Below, piece by piece: positions 51,901 through 64,000 of a stretch of DNA of 64,000 nucleotides; positions within the stretch are counted from its first letter, which is position 1, and every line of letters starts with the position of its first letter. The notes below the pieces were generated by a model. It ran no database searches. It had not been told where the DNA came from and saw only the letters and a list, made by a program, of their open reading frames with translations. The translations under genes and the position numbers were made by a program. Source of the DNA: Phoronis australis (taxonomy: Eukaryota; Animalia; Phoronida); the NCBI GenBank assembly GCA_002633005.1, contig NMRA01000349.1, forward strand, positions 186,001-250,000, read 5' to 3'.

Positions 51901-54900
51901 GTCCAAGTCGCTGAAGAACACAGTCTCCATCGACCAAATGTTACAGTCCTACACAGCCAATCAGTTTAGGATGTTTTGTGTAATGCAGCATTACAGGAGC
52001 CGTAAGTTGAGCACCCAGCTGTCAGGTTACATGTTAAAACCTCGTAAACAGTAAGTAGGTTGTGAAAATTTTGACGAATGAATGTGTATAACAAAAATTC
52101 AGTGAACACCACTTGAATCATACTGCAATCGTGAGACATTAGAATAGTGTTAAAAAGCCTCAGAAATACATTTCGACAAAAAACAGAGTTTGAGGTGAGT
52201 AACAAACTTTCTCACATGACCTGGAATGTGTAACGACACGACTGGTTAATAACACTGATTACGTAATGTTTTTGATATATTGCTTTTGATTTGTTGCAAC
52301 CCATTTAAAAATACATGTTTATTAAGGGATTGGTTAAAATGATGACAAATCTTTTTCAAACTTTCCAGACATTGTGTAAACAGTTGACTAAACTTTATTT
52401 TCGTATTCAGGCATTGAGTTTAGTGAGGAGAGCATGCAGCGAGCGATCAGTACACAGCAGTTAATAGCCTCCTTCCTGGGTTCAGCAGACGCCTACATCA
52501 AAGGTCAACTCACTTGTGGTGATGTGGATGAGCAGTCTCTCTACAAACAGTAAGTACTGGGACCCTATTGCTGTGAGTGTCGCTTGACCCCATGCTATGG
52601 TCTGATTTCCTGCGCATGTGCATTATGGGTACAAGACTGAGATTGATTATATTTCTTTTTTGTTACAAGTATTCCGCAATTATCATGAAAAATCCATACA
52701 TGTCACATTGCAAATTTTGTCCATATGTTCTATGTGCTTTGGTAATGGATGTATTTTTTCAACTCGTCCGAGCAATCATTAAGCTCCTCAGTCAGTTCCC
52801 TTGTCAAACTTCGTGGACATCAACCCATATTCCAGGAGTCTGTTAAGTCAGAAATTTGGTCTTATGCTCCAAATAACTATTTCTAAAAAATAGCTGAATT
52901 TCATTTCGTCAAAAATACGAAGTCTCTAACAGCTAGTTACTGATACAGAAATAATTTCTGTAAATTATTTCTTAACTGACTGCTCATTATTTGGGTAAAC
53001 TTTTATTAAAAATTGTGAATAGGGAACCTAAGACCAAATTTCTATTTTAAGTTTCAAGTCATTTGTTATGAAATGGGCCCCTGAAGTATGAGTGACTTAT
53101 TATATTTCTTAATTTCGCACCCAAAAAGCAAACTTTCACAATTCTATCTCCGTAACAAATATTTTCCATGTTCTTTTTACAGGTTGAGCCAAGCGGAACT
53201 CCTTGTTCGAGAGGCTTTGTCTGATGACTTTGACACACCACGGGCCATTAACGTGTTGTTGGAACTGGTCCGAGGTGGAAACAGAGAGCTACAAACAAAA
53301 GCTAAGGTACAAACCAAATAATTTAATACCCAGGTTGCCTTGTCTGTCAGTAGCCACAGATCTGTATAATTTAACATTAGCATTATGTTTAATGAAGTAC
53401 GGTGACTTGTTTTCATGATTCAGGTCATTAAACCTGTGTTATTCCATCTTTCGGTTTGTTACAGGGGCAATAAATCTGCGTCGTCTGTCATCATTACCAA
53501 CTTCTGTTGTAGGCCACTTACTTTCTTGAAATCAGTCTCACCTTGTTCTGTACTTGAACTAGAAATTATTTCTAGTCTTTAAAAAGAACAACTTACAGGT
53601 TATTTTTGCTTTAGTCCAGCCCCAATCAGTTGTTTGTTGTTCTAAAATAGGGTTTCAAAGGCAATATGGCTGTTTATTTAAACAGATTTCTGTCCGTCTG
53701 GTGTCTGTCCGGCATCCGTATGGTGTCCATCTGGCGTCTGAGTCATCCCGTGCTGTGACTCCAAAACCCTTTTATTGTTGTTTGGGAAATGTTCCTGTTG
53801 TGGATGGGACAGCGCGAGTGAATTTTCAAGCACATTCGACCACTGCTGGGTCCTTTAATTTTAGTTTTTTTATGTTAGTCTCTATATCTACCAAGTACCT
53901 TGGCAGATTTTCATGAAATTTGGCAAAAAGATGTCTATTATAGAGACAAAAACACCTTTGCATTTTTTGAACAGACATATATCTACATAGTCTGTGCCCC
54001 CTAAGGGCTGTTCCAGCAAAATCTGTATGGGAGGGGGGAAGGCAACTGAAATAAAAATTTATGGGTGGTTGCGTTTGATTTAAATGGCTTTTGTCGTACT
54101 TCAAAAAAGTAAAAATTTACAGGTCGTTGTTGTTTCATTGGGCCATAAATTTTGATGGTGGGTAATTTTAGTAAATTTTATAAACAATCCGCGCAGAATC
54201 AAAAACTGAAACAAAAATGCAACTTGCAAAAAGCTCCGACTTTTTCACTCCCTCCGATCTCCTCATCGGCATGCCCATAACACCATTTAACCACAGGTGC
54301 TCGAATTTCTCGATGGTTAATATCCATATATGAGAAACATATGTTTTCTTAGTAATGAATGACGTTAGCGGTGGTGGAGGAACAGATAAACTCAAACGCC
54401 TGTGCAGTCAACCACAAGAACAAAAAAAAGTTACGGGTGGTTGCATTTCAAACTTATAAAAAATTACGGGTGGTAGGCTGAAGAAATAAATGAAAAATAT
54501 GAGTGGTGGGTGCGAAAAAAAGATGCCTTCCCACCCTCCCTTACAGATTTTACTGGAACAGCCCTAAGCCCTTTTTGTGATTGTTTTTTTGCTTGTGCCT
54601 CTCTTTCTGCTAAACCAGTAAAAACCTCATTAAGAAATTTCCTATTGTGGATGTTTGGAAGGTGCAACTAGGTGGCACCCTCTAGTGTCAAATTTGTTTT
54701 TGCCTATGCGACATTATCTGCCAAGCTCCATGACGGATCTTCGTGAAATTTGGTGTAAGTGCTCCTATTAATTTTGGGATGAGCCCGAATACTGTGGGGT
54801 CTCCTAGTGGTAGTTTAGGTCTTCTTTGTATCTAGCTCTTGATGGTTGTTCACGAAATTTGGCACATATCCTTTTATCAAGAAGACGACAGCACTTGCCT

Positions 54901-57047
54901 ATTTCAGATGTATTTGAATGTTGCTGCTGGCCATAGTGGCCTGTTTATTTTACATGTTACAATATTACAAAGCACCCCTAGAACGATATTGTTTGTGGTG
55001 AAGGCAAGTACATTTCCATAGTTTGTGTTGCTCTCGTCTTAGTAATTATGTCAATTAAAGACAATTGCTTTCCCCCTAAGCAAGTTCCATCATACCATTA
55101 TCACGGGGATTATTGCATTGATTTCATTTCCACATTTCTGCCTCTTTCAGTCTGAGCAGTGCACACGCAGCCCTGGAGTGTTTGCTTTCTTAGTGACCTA
55201 CATTAATAGGATACTAGAGACAATGGGCGTACAGCTTGAAGGAAGGAAGGTGATTTTTCTAGCTTTCATTGTTCTACCTTCTGTAACAGTGCCACATTTG
55301 AAGGAGAGAGCTAGTATGAGATAAAAACCTTTTGAATAAGTATAAAAACTGTGTGCAATTTGACTTTCTAAAACCACTCTGAGGGGGTGGCGTTTACTAC
55401 TATTATTAAAATTTCATGATCTATTTACACCAACCTCTTGTCTATTTACATTGTTACAACGTTTCGGTCGGTGTATTCTCTGGTGATCGTCAGGCATTCC
55501 TCGTTCTTAGAAGAACGAGCACGGATGTGTGGTACACTCATCATTGTGACACTGTTTTTTTTTTGTCTGAGGAAGGATTTGAACCCACGACATCTGAAGC
55601 TACAGATATAATTCCAGCACCTTAACCACTACACCACGGAGTCATATCTTCATCGTTTACTTTCAAATTATTTTGTGAATAATAGTAGAAATAGGAAAAT
55701 TCATTTTTCCATCCAAAAAGCGTTAAAAATACCTGCAGATTTGTTTGACATCTGCCTTTCCTGACATCTTCTTCAGAAAAAAAGAATTTTCCTGTGTCTA
55801 TTCATCGTTTATTCAAATACAGAAGGTTTATAAAGCAAAGCAACAAATGTGTTATTGTTGCAGAATTAGTTTGAAATTATTTCTAGCGTGACTTTTTCAA
55901 TCTTTGCATTCGCAGACATTATATTCAACTGAAGATAACCAGAAACTAGCACAAGTGCTGGACTCTGTAGTGGATTTCCGCAACCAAGTGCGATTAGAGG
56001 CTTTAAATTTGAAAGGTACCGTCACTCCAGTGAAGACTGGTGAGTCAAAAGGAAAGGGAAGGAATGCATTGCTGAAAGCATGTGATGACTTGAGAGAAAA
56101 CCTGGCACTGACTGGTTTTCAAATAAAGGTAACTATTCTTGGCAACGCCATATGGTCGTTGATAGCAATGTATGATAAATATATTCTACATAAAAGGCCA
56201 CGGCAACTGCAGATTTTCTTCTGCCAGTAACTAGAAATAAACTTTAAAAAGCTTTTGTTTGGAGGTTTATTTTTTCTGATGGCTGCCTTTCTAGGCTAGG
56301 TTCTTTTTTTCTAAATATGTCATCATTTATCATAATGTAAATTTATTCTCATTGATTGATAGGTTATAATTTTATGTTAGAATTTTTTAACAATGTATGT
56401 AATTTATACAAGTCAGGGTAAATTTTATTGCACCATAAGAATAAGATTATTCATAACTTCTGCCGAAAGAGTCCATAAAGGTTGATTGGCAGTGGTTGTT
56501 CATTGCTGAAAACCGTACAGTACTCATTGTCAAAATTTTGACAGATACTTCAAGCATCCGAATGCTAACTGTTTATTAAATTCTCATTTCACTTTTCTGT
56601 CATCTAAAAATATTTACAATTTTGTCTAAAATATTTTAAATTTTGTCTTTATTAAAAGGCAAATTAAAATGTGCATGGCGATCCGGTTTACTTTTTAAAT
56701 GTTTCAGGGGATCAGGCATACTTCAACTTGCTGAATTTGAAATGTTTTAATTTTTAAAATATTTTAGCAAAAAAGTTTTAAGATTCTTGACTGTGATTAA
56801 AATTTATTACACTGAAATGTAGGCGGAATTCTTTTATCTGCTGGATCTGTTCACATTTTACTCTGACTAGTCAACAGGAAGATTGTATTCCATGACACCC
56901 AATTGTATTTACATCTTCAGCACTTCATTTTTTCGTTGACAGGATTTCAGTAAACAATCCTCTTGGGAAGTTATTGACGAGAAAAAACAGAAATCAACCG
57001 ACAACTTCAGCTCAACAGTAAGGTGTATTATTATAAAGCTGCTCTAA
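45974..57047 (+). CDS. CARS2: Cysteine--tRNA ligase, mitochondrial, ~656 aa; exons 45974-46428, 47005-47055, 48212-48329, 48844-49021, 49495-49584, 50349-50478, 50700-50833, 51867-52001, 52411-52549, 53183-53306, 55151-55249, 55916-56128, 56943-57047 (or spliced at 57017 to 57547-57570)
   Basis: [75 protein letters not shown]. Long basic N-terminal extension and the MGITD variant point to the mitochondrial form. Start could be 45974 or 45992. Confidence 0.93.
47070..47280. mobile_element. hAT MITE with an 8-bp TSD in CARS2 intron 2
   Basis: ACTGCCAC|CAGTAGCGTGC ... GCATGCTACCG|ACTGCCAC. Confidence 0.8.
54005..54564. mobile_element. PIF/Harbinger- or Zator-type MITE with TAA TSD, nested in an older Helentron-like repeat (~53650-55040)
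   Basis: TAA|GGGCTGTTCCAGCAAAATCTGTATGGGAGGG ... CCCTCCCTTACAGATTTTACTGGAACAGCCC|TAA. Confidence 0.88.
55563..55643 (-). pseudogene. tRNA-derived sequence (SINE head or tRNA pseudogene)
   Basis: Minus strand has A-box TGGTGTAGTGG and B-box GGTTCAAATCC at tRNA-like spacing; acceptor and anticodon stems do not pair; followed by an A-run. Confidence 0.7.
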
Positions 57048-58251
57048 ATCCCTCATCTGTTGTTGATTTAGGTTTCTTGCAATTGTAAATCTGGTCACAG
57101 GATGCTCCCTTATTCATTATTGCCTGGTATAAAGCAATGACAAGCTTGGACACACGCTGTGACAAATTGTCAAATGCTTTTGAACAACTGAAATTTCTTC
57201 CGATCTGAGTAAGGAACTATAATTTGAGACCAATAGTAACACGACTCGCATATTTTTGTTGTTGGGTTTCACTGAATTTTAAGTATTTTAAACTGCTCCA
57301 CCAAGGGATCAAGGGAGGATATTCATATATTGGAACTTAGTGTTGATTTATTGATTCTTAAATGCTGTATCGCAAGTGCAAGAAACCTCTCCCTAAAAAT
57401 CTGTACTCAAAGCAATGTTGTGGGGTATGGGTGAGCCAAATAATATTATGTAATGTAACATTTGTGTTCCATAGATTACATTGATTTGCACATAATTTTG
57501 AGCTGGCCATTCATGTTTTTAACTGAGTGAAGTAATTGACTTTCAGGTTACAAAAAGTGGCCAATTATGACAGTAAGACGTCCAGGTTGTCATGGTGATC
57601 TACAACTGCTAGTCGTATAGAACAAAGATTTGAGGGGTATGCCAGTGTCACGTGGAACAGCATAACTGACTCGAGTTTACTTTTTGGCCCCAGGAGCCAG
57701 TGGTCAGCCTTGAATCATAAAACTAAGCTTAGCAGTTCATGTGCAATGTGTGATCCTGGTCAAGGCAAAAGGTTGTGACACTTGTACGATTTTACGAGTT
57801 TATTGTTGAAGGTATTTTATGTATGTCAATGACAAATCTTGCTACGAGTCTCAATTTTGCATGCGTTAGAAGGCCGTAGTTCAATTTCTGATATTTACGA
57901 GGCAATACTTCTAGTTTCTCAGGATTGTACTATCTCCAGAATGGAACTTGTAGGCAGTGTATTTGGCATGTCTTAAAATGTGATGCAAGACAATTTACAA
58001 ACTGTCCAGGATTCAGTAAGGTGACTACAATCTAGAAGTTAATTTAATAACCAACTCTTTATCAAATGGAAATTTATTGATAAATTTCAAAGTACAATGG
58101 TAATTAAAATTGTCATTTTCTATCCAAGTACTCGCGCAAGCTACATGTATATGTACCACAAACAGTCAAATTGATTAAATTAAGTCTGTACAATGTCATG
58201 TGTTTAATAACAGGAAACTTAAACTGAACACAAGATAAATGCTCATATCTA

Positions 58252-58337
58252 GCAACAGAATGCACATGCAACAGAATGCACATGCAACAGAATGCACATG
58301 CAACAGAATGCACATGCAACAGAATGCACATGCAACA
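58252..58337. repeat. 16-bp tandem repeat (GCAACAGAATGCACAT) x ~5.4
   Basis: Perfect tandem copies read directly. Confidence 0.95.
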
Positions 58338-59410
58338 TAACACAAACTAGGAAAACCTTTAGTTTTCTTACTGCGGACATTACATAACTAATAATTCACA
58401 TTAAGAGAAAACACCAAGTCTGAGCAGAAGCAGAGTGTGATATTCACCTCAAGATGAACTGCATCGACAGACAGCAAGCACCTCCCCATTTAGAAAATAT
58501 TGCAACAAGAGAACTGAGCAACACACCGTAGAACCAAAGACGACCAAATGTAACTCGACGCACTGCTTGAAAATTGACCATAAAACATTTTGAATAAATC
58601 AAAGCTTTAAATGTGATTAATCAATTTCCAAGCCTAGTCGTATTATGTTTTGCCACCTTGGCTCCATTTCACATTTAAACGCAGTTTTAAAACAGTGGTA
58701 GTGCATCCACAAAATTTAACTTTCAATTGATAATATTACGTAGTTAGGCTCCAAAACAGAGTGGAGCTCAAACTGATGCAACAATGAAAATGAGGCCGAA
58801 TATGAAATCTGCAATTTTGTGCTGCAATTTGACATAATTCGAGACAAGGGGTTGTAACAATTATCTTTCAAGGTGCCTAAATGTATTTTTTTCGCATCTA
58901 AATATAAATCATCGCAATCTTATCCCAATCGTTTCAGTGAATGAAGTGGAAGTATCACCTGGTCTGTGGATATATTCCTGCAACAACCATAATTTTACTA
59001 TTTTTCTTGAGATAGGTTCAATGATATGAAGTCACACAACAATGACTATGTAAAGTCAGAATCACCAACTTCAAACTAGAATACATTGACATTGAATCTA
59101 GGTGCAGATGTAAACTGTTTTGACAAGTTTAAATCGTATTTTCACTCAGCTCGGAGAAAGTTCCATGGTACAGATGTTCTCGCATTGATTATTTAATAAA
59201 CTTATACATGGAAGTCTGATTGCTAATCTACAACATGCCCCTAACATAGGAGCCCAAGGCAGCATACTGCAACTGCACATGTAGTCTTGATCTATATTTA
59301 CAATGCCTTAGGCGTTCACCTGGATGTCTTTTCCAAGTCAAACAGAACACAAACTCGGCTCATCAGATAAGTCAGATTTCTCTTATGAAATCTCTCGGTC
59401 CGACGAATTT

Positions 59411-59750
59411 TACCGTATTAGTTCAATTAAGTGCCCAGGTGCTTATTTGTCAATGAACTGAAAGCAGTAAGAGCCCTAGCTATTACTTTTACTAGACCTG
59501 GTACTTCTGAAATTGGCTAAAACACCATTAGCACTTTGGTGCCAACACTTGTATTCCAAGAATGATGCAAATAGCAACGTACCTCTCAAATAAAATCTCG
59601 TGCAACATCCACGTTAGCGCACCTAGAACTTCATCAAACCTCGGCGCTTATTGAAGATCCAGAATTGTGCATTGAATTTTTCAACTCCCAGAGCTAAATC
59701 GAAACTCGAGCTTAGTCAACCCCCATGGCACTTTATTAAGCAAATACGGT
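59411..59750. mobile_element. Degenerate mariner/pogo-type MITE
   Basis: Ends TACCGTATT... / ...AATACGGT with subterminal AAGTGCC / GGCACTT. Confidence 0.45.
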
Positions 59751-61176
59751 CCAGTATTTGTAAAACAAATACTGATTGAATTCATGAAGCATTAACATGA
59801 CTGCACTTTTCACTTCAAATAGGACCAAAATATGTATCACATGTCCATATTGTTATTATCACAGATGAATGAAAGTTCCACATGAGATCATCGTTTCCCT
59901 TTATCATTTACATAATTGAGTATGGTGTTTGTGACCACAACTAATTGTCTCAAGAAGCAAAATCTACTTTTATCTTGCTAAATACCTTAATATTTTTGCC
60001 ATAAACGTACAATGAATAGTCAATGCAGTGACTCTCACAAAGCGTCAAGGACACTTCAGAAGTAGATGGCCCTGTTCTTCCACATGTGAATGTGGGCACA
60101 CCACACACACACACACACGTACAGGATGACGAGCACTACACAAAGCTCCACAAATTTCAACCAAGCAGTGAACGCTAATTGCACTGTCTTTCCAAATTGC
60201 AAGTCTCAGTCAAACTAAGTGACTTGAATTACTGCACGCAACTTTTTATGCAAAAATATTTCCAAAATGAGGAAAGTTTTTAAAAGCCGTGTCTCGTTAT
60301 TAAGGAGGCCATTTCAAGAAGTTGCCGACGACAACGAGACAAATAGTAAATTTTCATCGCAAAATGAATTGAGCCTCATAGCTTGGTTGAAATCACTAGG
60401 TGAACTTAATGAGTAATCACACTGTTGCAAAAGTCCCAGTCAACTCTGCCATCTGGTGGTTTGGTTAGTAACTACACTCCTGTTAGTTACATCTCGTCAT
60501 CAGAGCAGTGTCTACATTAAGAAGGGAGAGAAAGCACACAGAGTTAGACACAACAGGCCACGCAGTCCTACGAAAGCACAGTAGTCACGCCTTAGTTGCT
60601 TGCTCACACAACAAACTTAAATGACGGCTCTATAGGGTACCTAGACCAATCTATTCATTTCGAACAACAAATCAAGTCTCTGATGCAGTGATTTTGTTTT
60701 AGATGGAGACATTTTCACTTCGAATGCTAAAATCGATCCTCACCAGCACTTAACCAAGCTCACAACAGAAACTCAGCCTTCTGAAACCAGATCACTGCAG
60801 GGCATAACACAATCAAAATTCCAATCTCTTTACCGCTCAATTTCGCCATTTGCAGGTGATTCTGCATTCAGAAGACTGTCACACTGTTCAAAGCTTGGAT
60901 CTGGTTCAGAGGACAGGCTATCCTGAATTACAGCTAGACACTATTGATTTGCGACTAAATTATCAATACCATTATGTGCATCGAAATTGATACACAAATG
61001 GATATTACATAACTCAACAAACATCAATGCATTAACTGTATATCAGTATCATAAATTATCAACAATGCAACAAGTTCAATAAATGATCTTTTTTCTATGT
61101 TGCACTGATTTACAAATCAATCACAAGCCGCGTGCCTCATTTACCTCAGACATAACACAACTGTCAGGTGCATGAA

Positions 61177-61503
61177 TCAATAATACCTCTCTGGCTTGAA
61201 TGACCATCTCCCTGTGCCAGGTTCAAAAGCAGGTTTCGTGTCTGTCTGAGCCCTTTTTGACCTTTTGTTCCTTGCCGGCGACCCTGCACCATTCAACGAT
61301 GTGGCGCTACGAAGGCTAGACATACTGGTGCTTTTAGAGCTCAACGCCGACCCATAGGCACTACTGGACGGCCTCGACTTCCTGGAGGGGGCAGCACCAT
61401 GCAGTGGTACGCCATATGACTGCTGTTGGTAATAGCTAGTCAGATGGTCCTCACGTGACATGCCTTTGGTGGGTTTGATGGACTCAAGCCGCTTCAGCAT
61501 TGC
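61177..61503 (-). CDS. CFAP97: Terminal coding exon of a CFAP97 (KIAA1430/hemingway)-like protein; upstream exons not found in window
   Basis: Acceptor TTGCAG, then AMLKRLESIKPTKGMSREDHLTSY followed by an S/R-rich tail and stop. Resembles the vertebrate CFAP97 C-terminus as recalled ([21 protein letters not shown]). Candidate AATAAA on - strand at 58073-58078. Confidence 0.72.
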   Translation of the reverse strand, partial: AMLKRLESIKPTKGMSREDHLTSYYQQQSYGVPLHGAAPSRKSRPSSSAYGSALSSKSTSMSSLRSATSLNGAGSPARNKRSKRAQTDTKPAFEPGTGRWSFKPERYY

Positions 61504-64000
61504 CTGCAACAATCAGTCCACATGACTTTAAAAACAAGATATTGCATTAGCATTAAAAAGCGCCAATTTCCAATCAAAAATAATGCTTGTAATGTCTGGA
61601 ATTTATTGCAACTATCGCAATAATTTAACTGTTGCTCATCCTAGGGATGGAAGGATTAGGTTTGAAGAGTAAATTTTCTCTTAAAGCAGCATTAATATCA
61701 TGCTTTGTGTAAAAAATAAGTTTCATTTCGGAACTCTTTCCGTTACAAAATTGGTCTTGAATTGTTTATTAGTCAACATAGGTTTGATACCTGGTCTTGA
61801 AAAGAGCTGACAGTCCATTATTTCATTAGGACCAAGTTCAAAGTTCAAAGTTTCAGGTCATAGCTTGGTCTGAAGAAATAACTATCAGCCAGTTTTTCCC
61901 CAGAGCCCAGAAATCACATCTACACCAAGTAAGGAATGAGACAAGACCAATTTATAACTAACAGTTAAGCGTCCAAAGTAAATGTTTTTTTGGGAGAAAG
62001 CATTGAGTTAAATGCAGCTTTTAAGTTATGCAGAACGCTAGCAAAATGTTCAATTTTGGCCAAATTCGGAACATTGCATCTCAGATATGGCTGATTGGAT
62101 TCACATGAAACTTTAAGACACTATGCTTTATGCAGTAATTCTACAAAACACTGTTGGGAATTGTTTGTAAAATGAATCATTTTTTACAAGGTGCTATCAT
62201 AAATATGACTTTTACACACAAATTTTAAAGCTGTAACAGCATATTTGAGATTTTATCTTGAAACCCACATTGTATGAACTTGAGCCATTTTTTGCTATGA
62301 ATGCACCTTTCTTTTTCACTAAATTTCACTAAAAAGCACACGACCAAATTAATGGCAAATGGAGTCAAAAATCCCAATTCTATGGAATTTCAACTCTCAT
62401 AAAATATATACTTTGCAGAGTTCTATAGTTTTGCAGAAATGGCAAATACAGACTAGCCATTAAGGTCCTATATAACTTTAAACACGTACAAAGAACAACA
62501 ATTATCTCCTGTCCTGTCAAGTGGTTCTTGAGAGAAAAAAATTCAGATAATGAACTAAACTAATCGTTTAGGACACACACAGGAGTACAGAAGTTGTGTA
62601 TTTCTCAAGCTCTGTTAAAGTTTCAGCATGGAATTAGACATTGTATTTTTAATTCTAAGCTTGGGGTTACAGTAAAAATTGACACCACCAAGGACCTTAC
62701 ACAGAACGAGAGCAAGACTATCAATGCAATGCACCATTTAGCATTAAATACGTCTTTGAACATTTTTTACCACAATACACAGGGGACATTAAGGTTGAAA
62801 TGCTTCACCAAATATGACATTTATTACAAACAGTAACTACTTAACAGTAGCAGTAATACACCTCTGCAAAGAAAAGTAATTTTCCTTGGTAATTGTGAAA
62901 GATTACTAGTCTAGCACTGTGGGCACTAATAACCCACTAGCCATTGAGTTCATATTCAACTAAACCAATCAGCTTACATAATGCAGGTCACTGTTATTGA
63001 CAGAAATAACAGCACAGTGAGCATAGCTTTGTTCAGTCTCTCTCTTAGTAAGAGTGTAAAAAGTTTAACTAGTGTTAACACTATTTTGAGAGGCACAACA
63101 GTTGCATTTGATGAAATCCCCCTAAAGGCAGATCATTTAAATTTGCGTTAACAGTATCAAATTCTCAATGATACTAGCACAAATCTGATGAAGCATTTAC
63201 AAAACATGTTTCATGCTGTCATTTGCACACCATCAATTTTAAATGAGGTATCATACCTGTATGCTTGCTGTGCCACGTATACCTTACTTTTATTTTTATA
63301 TCATTAAAATTTATCAGTGTTCGATGGAGTCTGCTTAAACCCAGAGGATCTGTAAAACTTGAGGGACATAGCTACACTTCTTGAAAATGTAGACAGACCT
63401 TTGAGAAAAAGAAAATTTTACTTTGAAAGCATTTTGGACCATACCAATTGAACAGGGGAAAAAATAAAACATGATGCGTTTAGTACTTTCATCATTTTTT
63501 TACCACCAGTACACACAGGAGTATGTATATTTGTCAATACGGTAGCTGCATCCTTGAAATTATAGACGGCCATGAGCATGCAACAGCTATACAGAGGCCG
63601 GTGTCCCAAGTGACAGTCAATCTTCATTTTGTCAGGATGTCTCTTGAGACTTACTCACACTGGTCAGGTGTAACAAATAGTTTTAAAAGATCGCATATAT
63701 TGCATTGTTGTCGTTGACATCTGGTGAAGGTGTGAATACTTGGTAAACAAAAAAGTTCCAGTTTTTTTGCGACACTAGAGGCACAGCCATTATTTTGTGT
63801 ATTAAATGCGAAAGTGAACTTAAAAACAGTCACAACGTTGGGAGGTGGCTTGAATCAACTGCGCTACTTTAAGTTTCCCTTTGACAGTTCGACGTCGCTG
63901 ATGGAATTCAGTTCCTACATTTGTATAACTATTCATTTGCCTAGAGTAAACTCTGTGACACAATAAAAAGTACTGGACTTTAGAAATAACCTCATTGAAA

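Noticed and set aside
55563-55643. Functional tRNA gene
   Set aside because: Acceptor and anticodon stems do not pair.
58113-58343. Cys/His-rich 76-aa ORF
   Set aside because: Translation of the 16-bp tandem repeat.
61510-64000. Short ORFs at the right end
   Set aside because: No recognisable CFAP97 or other coding signal; treated as intron.

Overview
Intron-rich, AT-rich eukaryotic genomic DNA; gene content and CTCF-like motifs suggest a bilaterian invertebrate (inference). Exons were assembled by hand from GT-AG boundaries and reading frame. Five genes: (1) 5' part of an MFSD4-like MFS transporter (- strand, runs off the left end); (2) a 24-exon, ~1276-aa NRPS-like enzyme with A-T-R1-R2 architecture (adenylation, carrier, thioester reductase, SDR), matching fungal ATRR glycine betaine reductase (9810-38057, +); (3) a 4-exon ING1/2-like PHD protein (-); (4) mitochondrial cysteinyl-tRNA synthetase CARS2 (+), head-to-head with ING as in human; (5) the last exon of a CFAP97-like gene (-). 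Introns hold many transposon remnants (hAT-like with 6- or 8-bp TSDs, Harbinger/Zator-, mariner- and Helentron-like elements, LINE and Penelope fragments, a tRNA-derived element) and minisatellites. The main finding is the intact, fully spliced ATRR-type NRPS-like gene in an animal-type locus. No CRISPR array, rRNA or intact tRNA was seen.
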